From the NCBI GenBank assembly GCA_043747425.1, contig JAYTPC010000138.1, positions 21,271 through 85,270 on the forward strand: a DNA stretch of 64,000 nt, written 5' to 3'. The translations under genes were made by a program, and so were the position numbers. The DNA is from Bdellovibrionales bacterium (GTDB lineage Bacteria; Bdellovibrionota; Bdellovibrionia; Bdellovibrionales; Bdellovibrionaceae). The notes under the pieces are model-generated. The model ran no database searches, was not told where the DNA came from, and worked only from the letters and a program-made list of their open reading frames with translations. Below, in pieces: positions 8,139 to 18,091 of this stretch (its first letter is position 1; each line of letters opens with the position of its first letter).

Positions 8139-9566
8139 TTAGGCCAATGCTGTCATTAGCTTTTGATAAATGCCGTCAAATCCACCATTACTCATGATTA
8201 GAATAACATCGCCTTTTTTAGCCTTCGATTTCAAAAAGCCAACGATTTCATCCGCCTTCTGAAATGAGGCCACTTGCTTGCCGCTTTGTTTTAAATCAGC
8301 GACAAGTTCAGCGACAGAGAAACGATCGTCTTCAGCAATTTTTCCCTGATCAAAGGCTTCAGCTAAAATAATTTCATCTGCAAAACCAAAAGCATCGACA
8401 TAATCTTTTTGAAATATTTTACGCCTTGAAGTGGCTGACCTTGGTTCAAAAACAGAAAAAACTTTTCGTCCTGCATAACGGCTTTGAATCCCCTTTACCG
8501 TTTCTTTAACCGCTGTTGGATGATGAGCAAAGTCTTCGATAATAAGAATTCCTTGCGGTTCACCTAAAATTTCTTGGCGGCGCTTAACGCCTGTGAACGT
8601 CGACATCGCTTTTTGCACTGAACTAAAATCCCAGTTTTGCACATGAGTTTGAGCAATCACTGCAGCGGCATTTAATATATTATAATTTCCGGTCATGATC
8701 GTTCGGAAATCGCCTAGCTTTTCATTTTTGAAATCAACTGAAAATAAAGTAAATCCATCTTTTTGTTCTAACACACCCACGCAGTAATCATTTTCAGTTG
8801 AAAAACCGTACGAAAAACAGTTTTTTGATTTACTGACTCGAGCAATTTCAGAGACATTTTTGTCATCACCCCAATATATAAAAGAACCGTCAGCTGGAAC
8901 AAGTTCGGCTAATTTTATAAAAGCAGCTTTCACCGCAGCAAAATCTTTGTAAATATCTGCATGATCAAATTCGACCGACGTTAAAATAACGAACTTGGGT
9001 TTGTAATGAATAAACTTTGGAACTTTATCAAAGTAAGCGGTGTCGTACTCGTCACCTTCAATAATAAAGGTGTTGGCCTTGGGATTTTGAAAGCTTTTAG
9101 AAAAATTTTTTGGAATTCCACCGATTAAAAAACCTGGCTTTTTTCCACAATTTTCTGCAACCCAACTAAGTAACGACGTTGTCGTGGTTTTACCGTGCGT
9201 GCCTGAAACAACAAAAGAATCTTTGTCGGCGATGATTAAATTACCCATCGCTTCCGGAAGTGAACAATACGGTATTTCTAAGCGATTCATTTCTATAGCT
9301 TCGACGTTATTTGCTGAAATGACATTACCAACAATAACGAAATCTGGTTTTGGGTTTAGGTTTTCAGCCTGGTAAGGTCTTAGAATAGATATTCCCATAT
9401 TTTCAATTTGTGTCGACATCGGTGGATATGGGTTTGAATCACTGCCGGTCACTGTAAAGCCACGGTCTTTCAATAGCCCTGCTAATGAAGCCATGGCTGT
9501 TCCGCAAATGCCCATCATATGAATATGGCTGCCAGCATTTAGTTTTCCGATCGATGCATGCGGCAT
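8139..9566 (-). CDS. mpl: UDP-N-acetylmuramate:L-alanyl-gamma-D-glutamyl-meso-DAP ligase (murein peptide ligase)
   Basis: 475 aa of the Mur ligase family. It has IHMMGICGTAMASLAGLLKDRGF.VTGSD (Mpl-type N-terminus) and the GTHGKTTTTS P-loop. Confidence 0.85.
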   Translation of the reverse strand: MPHASIGKLNAGSHIHMMGICGTAMASLAGLLKDRGFTVTGSDSNPYPPMSTQIENMGISILRPYQAENLNPKPDFVIVGNVISANNVEAIEMNRLEIPYCSLPEAMGNLIIADKDSFVVSGTHGKTTTTSLLSWVAENCGKKPGFLIGGIPKNFSKSFQNPKANTFIIEGDEYDTAYFDKVPKFIHYKPKFVILTSVEFDHADIYKDFAAVKAAFIKLAELVPADGSFIYWGDDKNVSEIARVSKSKNCFSYGFSTENDYCVGVLEQKDGFTLFSVDFKNEKLGDFRTIMTGNYNILNAAAVIAQTHVQNWDFSSVQKAMSTFTGVKRRQEILGEPQGILIIEDFAHHPTAVKETVKGIQSRYAGRKVFSVFEPRSATSRRKIFQKDYVDAFGFADEIILAEAFDQGKIAEDDRFSVAELVADLKQSGKQVASFQKADEIVGFLKSKAKKGDVILIMSNGGFDGIYQKLMTALA

Positions 9567-10624
9567 TAGATAGTCCTTTTTAAAGATTCAAAAATCCAGG
9601 AATGAATTTGTGGACGAAGTTTCACGAACGCTTTATTTTCACGGCCATACTGCACGCGGTTACTTAAGATCAAAACCAATAAATCATGGCGTGGGTCATA
9701 CCAAAAAGAAGTTCCTGTAAACCCTGTGTGACCGATAGATAAAATTGAAAAATGGGGTCCGCAACTGGCGCCATCTAATGTTGGCATCATGTATCCTAAG
9801 GCCCAGTCTCCGGTTTCAACAGGAATGGCTCTGGCAGCAAAAAGTTGTGCGGTCTTTTGGCGCACTTGGTATCTGGCAATTCCCTGCAGCTGAGATCTGA
9901 CGTTTAAACCAAAAGCAGAGACATCTTCGATGCTTCCGAAAAGCCCTGCATGCGTTGAAATTCCACCCATGGCCCAGGCATTTTCATCATGAACTTCGGC
10001 ACGCATGACTTTTTTTCTCCAGAGACAATTCTCAGTTGGAGCAAATTGCTGAGTAGGAATTTCTGTTTTATTGTCTAAATGAAAATTCAAAGTCGTATTT
10101 GGATAGTATCTGGCTTTAAAATCCAGCCAAATTTCAAGTAGATTTTTTTTATGAATGGCTTCAAGAATAAAACCAAGCAGTAAAAATCCTAGATCTGAAT
10201 AAACAGCCTTATCGCCTGAATTTATTTCAGAGCGTTTCAACTGATCATAAACGGCGGCTCTTTTTTCTAACCAAGATGAATCCAATTTTAAATCCAAATA
10301 AAAAGGCTTCCACCAAACAAGTCCTGATGTGTGCGAAAGTAACTGCATCACAGTGATTTCTTTGTGTGGAAAATCAGACAGAAAATCACCGACTTTAGAC
10401 GTTAGTGTAAGCAATCCCTTATCGAAGGCCTCCATAACGGCTTGCTGAGTAAAAATAACTTTTGTTAGCGATGACAGGTCGTAATACGGATATGTCTGAC
10501 CCACGCTAATATCACAGACCAAACGGCCCACGTGATAAGCCCGTACGCAAACGCCAGGAGTTACATCCGGAATTGCTGCTTTGATCTGTTCTGCAAGTTT
10601 ATTTTCTTGGCTTGAGTATTTCAT
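9566..10624 (-). CDS. Beta-lactamase-fold serine hydrolase (class C/PBP4*-like) with no signal peptide
   Basis: 352 aa with SxxK (SSLTK), YSD (the YxN position) and HTG (the KTG position) motifs. The N-terminus is hydrophilic. The stop overlaps the mpl start by 1 nt and the start overlaps ldcA by 26 nt. Confidence 0.75.
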   Translation of the reverse strand: MKYSSQENKLAEQIKAAIPDVTPGVCVRAYHVGRLVCDISVGQTYPYYDLSSLTKVIFTQQAVMEAFDKGLLTLTSKVGDFLSDFPHKEITVMQLLSHTSGLVWWKPFYLDLKLDSSWLEKRAAVYDQLKRSEINSGDKAVYSDLGFLLLGFILEAIHKKNLLEIWLDFKARYYPNTTLNFHLDNKTEIPTQQFAPTENCLWRKKVMRAEVHDENAWAMGGISTHAGLFGSIEDVSAFGLNVRSQLQGIARYQVRQKTAQLFAARAIPVETGDWALGYMMPTLDGASCGPHFSILSIGHTGFTGTSFWYDPRHDLLVLILSNRVQYGRENKAFVKLRPQIHSWIFESLKRTI

Positions 10625-11579
10625 CTGGAGAATAGACTATCATTTGAAATTGGCTCTTATCAATTACACTTTTTGAAATCTGAGCCTTTGTATTAAAAAA
10701 TAAAGGTCGCTGTAGTGGTGCGTGTCCAGTTTGAACGCCGCTAAAAGCAGGTATTTTTAGCTCATTGAAAAAATTTGTTAAAGTCAAACCCGATAAGTCA
10801 GTTCCATTAGGTTCTTCACATTTAGTAAAATCGCCTAGCACAACAGCTTTTACTTTATCGAATACGCCCGCTTGCTTCATCTGCTGAAGGCACCGGTCAA
10901 TACGGTAACCACGCTCACTGAGCTCTTCAAAAAACAAAATTTTATTATCACCATTAATTTGATTTTTAGTGCCTAAGCTTGATGTCACTACCGTCAGATT
11001 ACCACCAACAATGAAGCCGTTCAGTGATTTTACTTTTTTTGCTTCTTCAGTTAATGGGACTAAACAGTCAAAAATGATGGATTTTACCGTGCCGGCTATG
11101 GCCGCTTTAACTTCAGAAATGTTGGTTAGTGACAGCAACTCTAAACCGAGACGATCGATCAAGGGACCATGCAACGTTGGCCACTTCCAATTTTGATTTA
11201 AGAATAAATGAATTGAACTCACATCGCTGATTCCGATAAATAATTTTTTATGTTTTGGTTTTTTAATTTTATTTAATTCAGGCAGCAGTCGGATAGAACC
11301 ATATCCGCCGCGCAAGCACCAAACGGCTTTCGAATCTTTGGCCAAAAGCGCTTTTTTTAAATCTTTTCCACGAAAAGTGTCTGTATTCGATAGAAATAAT
11401 TCTGGCTTCAACAAACCCTGCGAAACCCGAACCTTGTAGCCCCAACTTTCAAGACTCTGAATTGAATTCTTCAGAACAGTAGGTTCTGCCGCAGAACCTG
11501 GCGCAACGATATCGATTAAATCACCAGGCTTAAGAAAATAACTAGATTTGTTTTTCGATGGTTTTTTTGGAGTCGACAC
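10599..11579 (-). CDS. ldcA: LD-carboxypeptidase (peptidase S66, murein tetrapeptide carboxypeptidase)
   Basis: 326 aa with LKPGDLIDIVAPGS, GISDVSSIH (Ser nucleophile region), VGGNLTV and the GHAP end motif. The GTG start overlaps the purF 3' end by 38 nt. Confidence 0.8.
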   Translation of the reverse strand: MSTPKKPSKNKSSYFLKPGDLIDIVAPGSAAEPTVLKNSIQSLESWGYKVRVSQGLLKPELFLSNTDTFRGKDLKKALLAKDSKAVWCLRGGYGSIRLLPELNKIKKPKHKKLFIGISDVSSIHLFLNQNWKWPTLHGPLIDRLGLELLSLTNISEVKAAIAGTVKSIIFDCLVPLTEEAKKVKSLNGFIVGGNLTVVTSSLGTKNQINGDNKILFFEELSERGYRIDRCLQQMKQAGVFDKVKAVVLGDFTKCEEPNGTDLSGLTLTNFFNELKIPAFSGVQTGHAPLQRPLFFNTKAQISKSVIDKSQFQMIVYSPDEILKPRK

Positions 11580-12999
11580 CTTTTAAGTTTGTCGGATAAT
11601 CACCATTAAAACAAGCCGCACAAAAGGTTTCAGGACCAGCATCCATTGCCCGCCACATACCTTTTTCACTTAAGTAAGCTAGCGAGTCCGCACCTATAAA
11701 CTTTCTGATATTTTCTAAACTTTGATTCGAAGCTATAAGTTCACTTTTTTGCGGAGTATCGACGCCGTAAAAACAAGGCCCAACCGTTGGTGGAGACGCA
11801 ATTCTTAAGTGCACTTCTTTTGCACCCGCAGTCCGAAGCAATTGAATAATTTTTTGGCTTGTAGTTCCCCGAACTAATGAATCATCGATCACAACAACAC
11901 GCTTACCTTTTAAAATTTCTGGCTGCGGATTTAATTTAATTTTTACACCCATATCTCGAACAGCTTGGGTGGGTTGAATAAAAGTTCGTCCGACATAGTG
12001 ATTACGAATTAATCCAAATTCAAATGGTATTCCACTTTCTTGAGAATACCCCAGCGCTGCGGGAACACCACTGTCAGGAACCGGTACAACGATATCTGCA
12101 TCGACGCTGGCTTCTTGTGCCAACTGCTGACCAAATTTTTTTCGACTGCTGTAAACAGACCGATTAAAAACAACGCTATCAGGACGCGCGAAATAAACAT
12201 GTTCAAACACACACTGCGCAGACTTTCTGGCAGAATTGGTTTTACTGGGTGATTTTATTTTTTCAGAAACAGTTTCTTTTGCATTGATCTCTAAAATTTC
12301 ACCGGGTTCGATTTCTCGAATGAATTCAGCTCCAATCAAATCCAGCGCACACGTTTCACTGGCCACAACATAACTCAGACTGGAACTGTTTTCAATGCGT
12401 CCAAGCACCAGCGGTCTAAATCCCAATGGATCTCTTGCGGCAATCAGGCGGTCGTGAGCCAAAATCACAAAACTGTAAGCGCCTTCAAGACATTCTAAAC
12501 TTTCTTTCAGAGCAGTTCGTAAATGTGTTGACGGGTTTTTCGCTAATAAATGCAGTAAAACTTCGGTGTCATTATTGCCATGAAAAATAGAGCCCTCGCG
12601 CTGAAGAGCTTCGCGAAGGATTGCGCTATTTACGATGTTTCCGTTATGAGCTAATGCCACAGGTCCAGACAATAAATTTGACGTCAGCGGCTGGGCGTTC
12701 GCAGTCACGTTACCGCCCGTGGTTGAATACCGAACATGACCAATCGCTGATTGTCCTTTTAACTGCGACAAATGAGATTCTTTAAAAATATCAGCAACCA
12801 GACCCAGACTTTTATAAATATGATGAACCGCATTTGGATTGCCAGAATTGGTAGTAGTCTCTAACGAGACGATTCCAGCCGATTCCTGCCCGCGGTGTTG
12901 AAGCGCATATAAGCCTAAATAAGTAAGCCTAGCTGCTTCTGGATGATTCCAGATACCAAAAACTCCGCATTCATCTTTCCAAGAATTTTTGATACTCAT
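11542..12999 (-). CDS. purF: Amidophosphoribosyltransferase
   Basis: 485 aa. A short propeptide precedes CGVFGIW (Ntn Cys). PRTase motif VVVIDDSLVRGTT. C-terminal Cys residues (CFYGVDTP, CAACFNGDYP) suggest the Fe-S type. Confidence 0.95.
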   Translation of the reverse strand: MSIKNSWKDECGVFGIWNHPEAARLTYLGLYALQHRGQESAGIVSLETTTNSGNPNAVHHIYKSLGLVADIFKESHLSQLKGQSAIGHVRYSTTGGNVTANAQPLTSNLLSGPVALAHNGNIVNSAILREALQREGSIFHGNNDTEVLLHLLAKNPSTHLRTALKESLECLEGAYSFVILAHDRLIAARDPLGFRPLVLGRIENSSSLSYVVASETCALDLIGAEFIREIEPGEILEINAKETVSEKIKSPSKTNSARKSAQCVFEHVYFARPDSVVFNRSVYSSRKKFGQQLAQEASVDADIVVPVPDSGVPAALGYSQESGIPFEFGLIRNHYVGRTFIQPTQAVRDMGVKIKLNPQPEILKGKRVVVIDDSLVRGTTSQKIIQLLRTAGAKEVHLRIASPPTVGPCFYGVDTPQKSELIASNQSLENIRKFIGADSLAYLSEKGMWRAMDAGPETFCAACFNGDYPTNLKGVDSKKTIEKQI

Positions 13000-15188
13000 T
13001 CTGTTCCTTTTTGAATCTGATTTTTAAAATCATTAAAATCTAAAGCTAATTTTTCTGATAACTGAATTTTATTTTCACACGTCTCACCGATTTTTTTTAT
13101 TTCAACCGCACTACTGAATTGACTACCGAAATGGTTCTTTAAAAACGTAAGTATCTGGTCACTGTCGCTGGTCGTAACTAAGAAACTATACATCTGATCC
13201 TTCAATAATTCAGTCTCATTAGGCACTTGCGTGTCAAAGCTCAAGTTAAAACCGATATTGCCGTTAATCATTTTTAAACACGTGACTGCTATGCCACCAA
13301 GGCCTACAGCTTTAATAGCTGAAACAGGTACCTTATTTTTCAGTATTTCTGAATCTAGCAACTGACACTGTTTGATAAAGCCCGGGACATCAGCCGCTGG
13401 ATTTAGTGTAAATTTAGAAACTTTACCTTCAAGACCTAAGACATACGTATATGACTGAACCCAATTCATTTGCACTTGAATAATGGATTCAAAAGGATTC
13501 TGAAAACAATCTGGTATAATATTTTCAACGGAATCTCTTAAGCCCACAACTCCGATTGCAGGAGTCGATACAATATTTTCCCCTAGGGTCTCGTTGTAAA
13601 AACTGACATTTCCACTGATAATCGGAGCATCCAATTTTTTACTCGCATCAGCAATGGCATCAACACTTGCAACGAACTCAGACATGATTTCGTTTTTTTG
13701 CGGATTTCCAAAATTCAAACAGTCAGTCACTGCCATCGGAACGGCGCCCTTTAAGGCCATCTGAAAAGCGGGATAATAAACGGCGTCGTAAGCGCCTATC
13801 TGGACATCCACACACATCAGATCTGGTCTGCAGCCAACGGCCAGCGCTAAACCGCGGCTTGAATGATCCAACTGACAAAAAGCGACCGAGCTTTCACACG
13901 CCTTTGCCGTTCTTGCTCCAACACGTTGGTCATATTGATTATAAATCCATTTAAAAGAATTGAGTTTATTTGATTTCAAAGCTTTTTTAATTATTGCAGT
14001 CACATCACTTGTTGGAACTGTTAAATTCTCGGTTAAGCCCGCGTGTTTCCATGCACTAAAAACTCGGTTGTATCTTGGTGCCTGTTCGACAATAAGATCT
14101 GGATCTATTTCAACTAATGTTTCTAAGCCCCATAAAAGCTTCACTTTTCTTTGACTAATAACTTCACCTAAGACCACAGAATCAAGATTCCATTTAGAAA
14201 ATGTATTTTGTAATTGCTGCAAATTTTCAAGCTTGCAGATCAGCAGCATGCGTTCTTGGCTTTCAGATAATAAAATATCTTCCGGACTCATGGATGAATC
14301 CCGAAGCGGAACTTTTTTTAAATCTAAAACCAAACCGACTTGTCCCTTAGAGGCCATTTCAAAACTGGAACTTGTTAAACCTGCAGCGCCCATGTCCTGC
14401 ATGGCGACAACTAAATTTTTATCTAAAACATCTAGGCAAGCTTCAATCAACAATTTCTCGAAAAAAGGATCCCCGATTTGCACATTGGGTCGTCTTGATT
14501 CAGCATCATCATCGAACGATGCTGATGCCATCGAAGCCCCGTGAACTCCATCACGTCCCGTTTTTGCTCCGACATAGACCACTAAATTTCCAGGCCCTGA
14601 AGCGTTAGATAATGCCATTTTCTGTTCGGGGGCAAAATAACCAATATTCAAAGCATTTACTAAAATGTTTTTATTATATTTTTTATGAAAATTCGTCTGA
14701 CCAGTTACCGTAGGGACACCCACGCAATTTCCATAAGAGGAAATACCTTTCACAACACCTTTCATTAAAAAATTCATTCGCTCTGCATCGACATCACCGA
14801 AACACAAGTAATTGGCCGTCATGATGGGTCTAGCGCCCATCGTGAAAATATCTCTTAATATTCCACCAACGCCAGTTGCTGAACCTTGGACAGGTTCAAT
14901 AAAACTAGGGTGATTATGACTTTCCATTTTAAAAGCAATTTTTTCACCAAAGCCAAGATCCACAATGCCGGCATTCTCTCCGTCCAAAAGCGGAGTATTT
15001 TGATTGCGATAAGAAAATTTTTTCAGATGGTTCTTAGACGATTTGTAGCTGCAATGTTCGCTCCATAAAGCAGAAAATAAGGACCACTCGATGATTGAAG
15101 GTTCATGACCCAAAGCGGTTTTCATTTTCTCATACTCATCCGCTGATAAACGGTAGGTCTTCAGATTTTTTTCTAAATATAGGTTCAT
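12996..15188 (-). CDS. purL: Phosphoribosylformylglycinamidine synthase subunit II
   Basis: 730 aa of the small PurL type, with HCSYKSS and ESHNHPSFIEP motifs. Flanked by purQ and purF with 4-nt overlaps. Confidence 0.95.
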   Translation of the reverse strand: MNLYLEKNLKTYRLSADEYEKMKTALGHEPSIIEWSLFSALWSEHCSYKSSKNHLKKFSYRNQNTPLLDGENAGIVDLGFGEKIAFKMESHNHPSFIEPVQGSATGVGGILRDIFTMGARPIMTANYLCFGDVDAERMNFLMKGVVKGISSYGNCVGVPTVTGQTNFHKKYNKNILVNALNIGYFAPEQKMALSNASGPGNLVVYVGAKTGRDGVHGASMASASFDDDAESRRPNVQIGDPFFEKLLIEACLDVLDKNLVVAMQDMGAAGLTSSSFEMASKGQVGLVLDLKKVPLRDSSMSPEDILLSESQERMLLICKLENLQQLQNTFSKWNLDSVVLGEVISQRKVKLLWGLETLVEIDPDLIVEQAPRYNRVFSAWKHAGLTENLTVPTSDVTAIIKKALKSNKLNSFKWIYNQYDQRVGARTAKACESSVAFCQLDHSSRGLALAVGCRPDLMCVDVQIGAYDAVYYPAFQMALKGAVPMAVTDCLNFGNPQKNEIMSEFVASVDAIADASKKLDAPIISGNVSFYNETLGENIVSTPAIGVVGLRDSVENIIPDCFQNPFESIIQVQMNWVQSYTYVLGLEGKVSKFTLNPAADVPGFIKQCQLLDSEILKNKVPVSAIKAVGLGGIAVTCLKMINGNIGFNLSFDTQVPNETELLKDQMYSFLVTTSDSDQILTFLKNHFGSQFSSAVEIKKIGETCENKIQLSEKLALDFNDFKNQIQKGTE

Positions 15189-15829
15189 AAAAAGTAGTTC
15201 CCATCAGAAGAGCCCATCCATTCAAACAAAGCGCGTTCTGGATGCGGCATTAAACCAGAAATGTTTTTTGCAGCGTTCGTTATGCCTGCGATATTCATCA
15301 TCGAGCCATTTGGATTATTTTTGTACGTCAGCCAAATTTGTTTTCTATCGACCATTTGCTTGAGCGATTCGGAATCGGCGTAAAATTGACCTTCACCGTG
15401 CGCAATAGGTAAAGTTAATTGCTGCCCGGGTGCCATGTCTTTAGCAAACAAGCCCTCAGTGTTTTCAACTTGTAAAGTTTCAAAGCCATCTATGAAGCGA
15501 AGATTTTTATTTTGCAACAAAGCACCTGGCAAAAGCTGTGCTTCACACAAAATCTGAAAGCCATTGCAAATTCCCAAAACGGGCTTACCAGCATCAGCAA
15601 ACTCTTTCACTGATTTCATGACATTTGTTCTTGCCGCAATGGCGCCACAACGTAAATAGTCGCCATGACTAAATCCGCCGGGAATAACGATCAGATCGTA
15701 TTGATTTTTATCGAATCGGTCATCGAACCACAAATAATCAGTCTGGTGACCTTTCGCTGCAATCCATTTTCGAACGTCTTCATCACAGTTTGTACCTAAA
15801 AAACGAGGTATTCCTACTTTTAAAGCCAT
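15185..15829 (-). CDS. purQ: Phosphoribosylformylglycinamidine synthase, glutaminase subunit
   Basis: 214 aa with GGFSHGDYLR, GICNGFQ (catalytic Cys) and HPER. Confidence 0.93.
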   Translation of the reverse strand: MALKVGIPRFLGTNCDEDVRKWIAAKGHQTDYLWFDDRFDKNQYDLIVIPGGFSHGDYLRCGAIAARTNVMKSVKEFADAGKPVLGICNGFQILCEAQLLPGALLQNKNLRFIDGFETLQVENTEGLFAKDMAPGQQLTLPIAHGEGQFYADSESLKQMVDRKQIWLTYKNNPNGSMMNIAGITNAAKNISGLMPHPERALFEWMGSSDGNYFL

Positions 15830-15845
15830 CAGAGATTATCCTTTT

Positions 15846-16085
15846 TTAATTGAAATAAATTTCATACTTTTCGATCAACGGATTATATAATCCACCCTGA
15901 TGAAGCATTTTTTCAACTTCTGCTTGTGCTTCTAATTGATTGGTCTGTGGCAACGTCATTTCCAAATATTTTCCCGCACGCAGAGAATCTAATTGAAAGC
16001 CATTACTCTTCATCGAGCTTTCAATGGCACGACCTTGTGAATCTAAAATCACATCGCGCGGCATAATTTTTATTCCAACATTCAT
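15846..16085 (-). CDS. purS: Phosphoribosylformylglycinamidine synthase subunit PurS
   Basis: 79 aa, positioned between purC and purQ. VILDSQGRAIESS..NGF is typical of PurS. Confidence 0.85.
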   Translation of the reverse strand: MNVGIKIMPRDVILDSQGRAIESSMKSNGFQLDSLRAGKYLEMTLPQTNQLEAQAEVEKMLHQGGLYNPLIEKYEIYFN

Positions 16086-16798
16086 AACGAAATCCCTTCA
16101 AGACGTTTTAATACACTTTGATAAGCTTCTTCGACCTGGCCAAGATCTCTGCGAAAACGATCTTTATCAAATTTTTCAGAAGTCTTTGAATCCCATAAAC
16201 GCATACAATCTGGTGATATTTCATCAGCCAGAATAATTTCATTTTTACTGTTGATGCCGAATTCAATTTTAAAATCAATAAGTCTAAGGCCAGCTTGAAG
16301 CAGCTGATCTGATAAAATTTTATTTATTTTAAGTGCCGTTTGCTTCATGATTGGCAACTGATCTGGATTTACCCAACCAAATTCAAAAGCTTGCTCGTCG
16401 CTGACAAATGGATCAGCTAGCGCATCATCTTTATAATAAAGTTCTACTAAAGGTTTTGAAAGCACCTGTCCTTCGGGTTTATTTAGTTTTTTTGCAAGCG
16501 ATCCAGCTAAAACATTTCTAACAACCACTTCCAGCGGAATTATTTTTGTTTTAACGACGATCATTTGGTTTTTTTCAAGCGTAGCAATCCAATGATTAGA
16601 AATATTATGTTTCAATAATAATTTAAATATATGTGTCGAGATTGCACAGTTCAGCATTCCCTTCCCAAGAAACTCACCTTTTTTCTGAGCATTAAAAGCA
16701 GTTAAACTATCTTTGAATTCCATTCGTAGCTGATCAGCTATCGAAGTTTCAAAAATACGTTTTGCCTTACCTTCATAAATCATTTTTTGACTCATCAA
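16082..16798 (-). CDS. purC: SAICAR synthetase
   Basis: 238 aa with IYEGKAKRIF at the N-terminus and the ADEISPDCMRLWD motif. Confidence 0.93.
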   Translation of the reverse strand: MMSQKMIYEGKAKRIFETSIADQLRMEFKDSLTAFNAQKKGEFLGKGMLNCAISTHIFKLLLKHNISNHWIATLEKNQMIVVKTKIIPLEVVVRNVLAGSLAKKLNKPEGQVLSKPLVELYYKDDALADPFVSDEQAFEFGWVNPDQLPIMKQTALKINKILSDQLLQAGLRLIDFKIEFGINSKNEIILADEISPDCMRLWDSKTSEKFDKDRFRRDLGQVEEAYQSVLKRLEGISL

Positions 16799-18091
16799 TT
16801 ACCCGCTTGCTTTTAAAAGATACTTTTTAAGTCTGGACTGCACCGATTCTAAATGTTTTTTTCCAGAAAAAATAAGATCTAAAGTTTTCTTGTCGAAAAA
16901 TTTATTTTTTATTAAAACGTCTTTTAAATGCTGATTCTTCTTAAGCCCATGAGCTGCTTTTTGGACAATTTTATAGGCCTCTTCACGGCTTAGACCTTTA
17001 TTTTCAACCAAATGTAAAAGCAAATGAGACGAATATAAAACTCCGCCAAGCTCATGAGTGTTCTGTAGCATACGCTCTTCGTTCACATACAACCCTTTCA
17101 GAAGGTCATTCATTCTACGAATACCGTAATGGCTCAGCTGAAACACATCAGGCAGTAAAACACGCTCGACAGATGAATGACTGATATCACGTTCGTGCCA
17201 CAAGGACACATTATCTAGCGCAGCCTGCAAATAACTTTTCATAAGTCGAGCAAGACCCGAAATGTTTTCGGCGCTGATTGGGTTTTTCTTATGTGGCATG
17301 GCCGAAGATCCCTTTTGGCCAGGAGTAAAGCCTTCGATGACTTCGTTCACTTCGCTTCTTTGCAAATGCCGAAGTTCCGTGGCCAATCGGTCTAGACCTG
17401 TAAATAAAAATGCCAAAGCGGCAACAACTTCTGCATGACGGTCGCGGGGGATTACTTGTGTGGCAAAAGGTTCTACGGATAGCTTAAGAATTTTAGCGAC
17501 CCTGTCTTCAAACTCAGATGGCAGCGCCGAGGACGTTCCAACCGCGCCGCTCAGTTTACAAATTTTAATTTGTTTTTGTGCAGCTAAAACACGATCTTTG
17601 TTTCTTTCTAGTTCAGAATGAAAGCCAGCTAGTTTAAAGCCAAAAGTTGTGACTTCTGCAAAAATTCCGTGGGTGCGACCAGGACAAAGTGTGTTTTTAT
17701 GTTTCTTTATCAAAGCCATAAGAGTTAATTCCAGCTTTTCAATTTCTGAAATGATAACTTCTAAGCCATCATTAAGCTGTAAGCTAAGTGCTGTATCAAG
17801 AACATCCGAACTGGTTAAGCCAAAATGAATGAAGCGTCCTTCGGGCCCAACGTTCTCTGCTAAGTTAGATACAAACGCAATCACGTCATGCTTAGTTACG
17901 GTTTCTATTTCTTTGATTCGATGGATTTGAAATTTTGCTTTTTGGCGTATTTTCGAAGCTGCTACTTTCGGAATGATCCCCATCGACGCTTGCACTTCAG
18001 CACAGGTCAGCTCTACTTCCATCATAAACTGAAACTTAGAATCTTCAGAAAAAAGTTTCGTCATTTCTGATGTCGAATAGCGGTCAATCAT
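16799..18091 (-). CDS. purB: Adenylosuccinate lyase
   Basis: 430 aa with the fumarate-lyase signature GSSAMPHKKNP. The N-terminus MIDRYSTSEM is typical of PurB. Confidence 0.95.
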   Translation of the reverse strand: MIDRYSTSEMTKLFSEDSKFQFMMEVELTCAEVQASMGIIPKVAASKIRQKAKFQIHRIKEIETVTKHDVIAFVSNLAENVGPEGRFIHFGLTSSDVLDTALSLQLNDGLEVIISEIEKLELTLMALIKKHKNTLCPGRTHGIFAEVTTFGFKLAGFHSELERNKDRVLAAQKQIKICKLSGAVGTSSALPSEFEDRVAKILKLSVEPFATQVIPRDRHAEVVAALAFLFTGLDRLATELRHLQRSEVNEVIEGFTPGQKGSSAMPHKKNPISAENISGLARLMKSYLQAALDNVSLWHERDISHSSVERVLLPDVFQLSHYGIRRMNDLLKGLYVNEERMLQNTHELGGVLYSSHLLLHLVENKGLSREEAYKIVQKAAHGLKKNQHLKDVLIKNKFFDKKTLDLIFSGKKHLESVQSRLKKYLLKASG

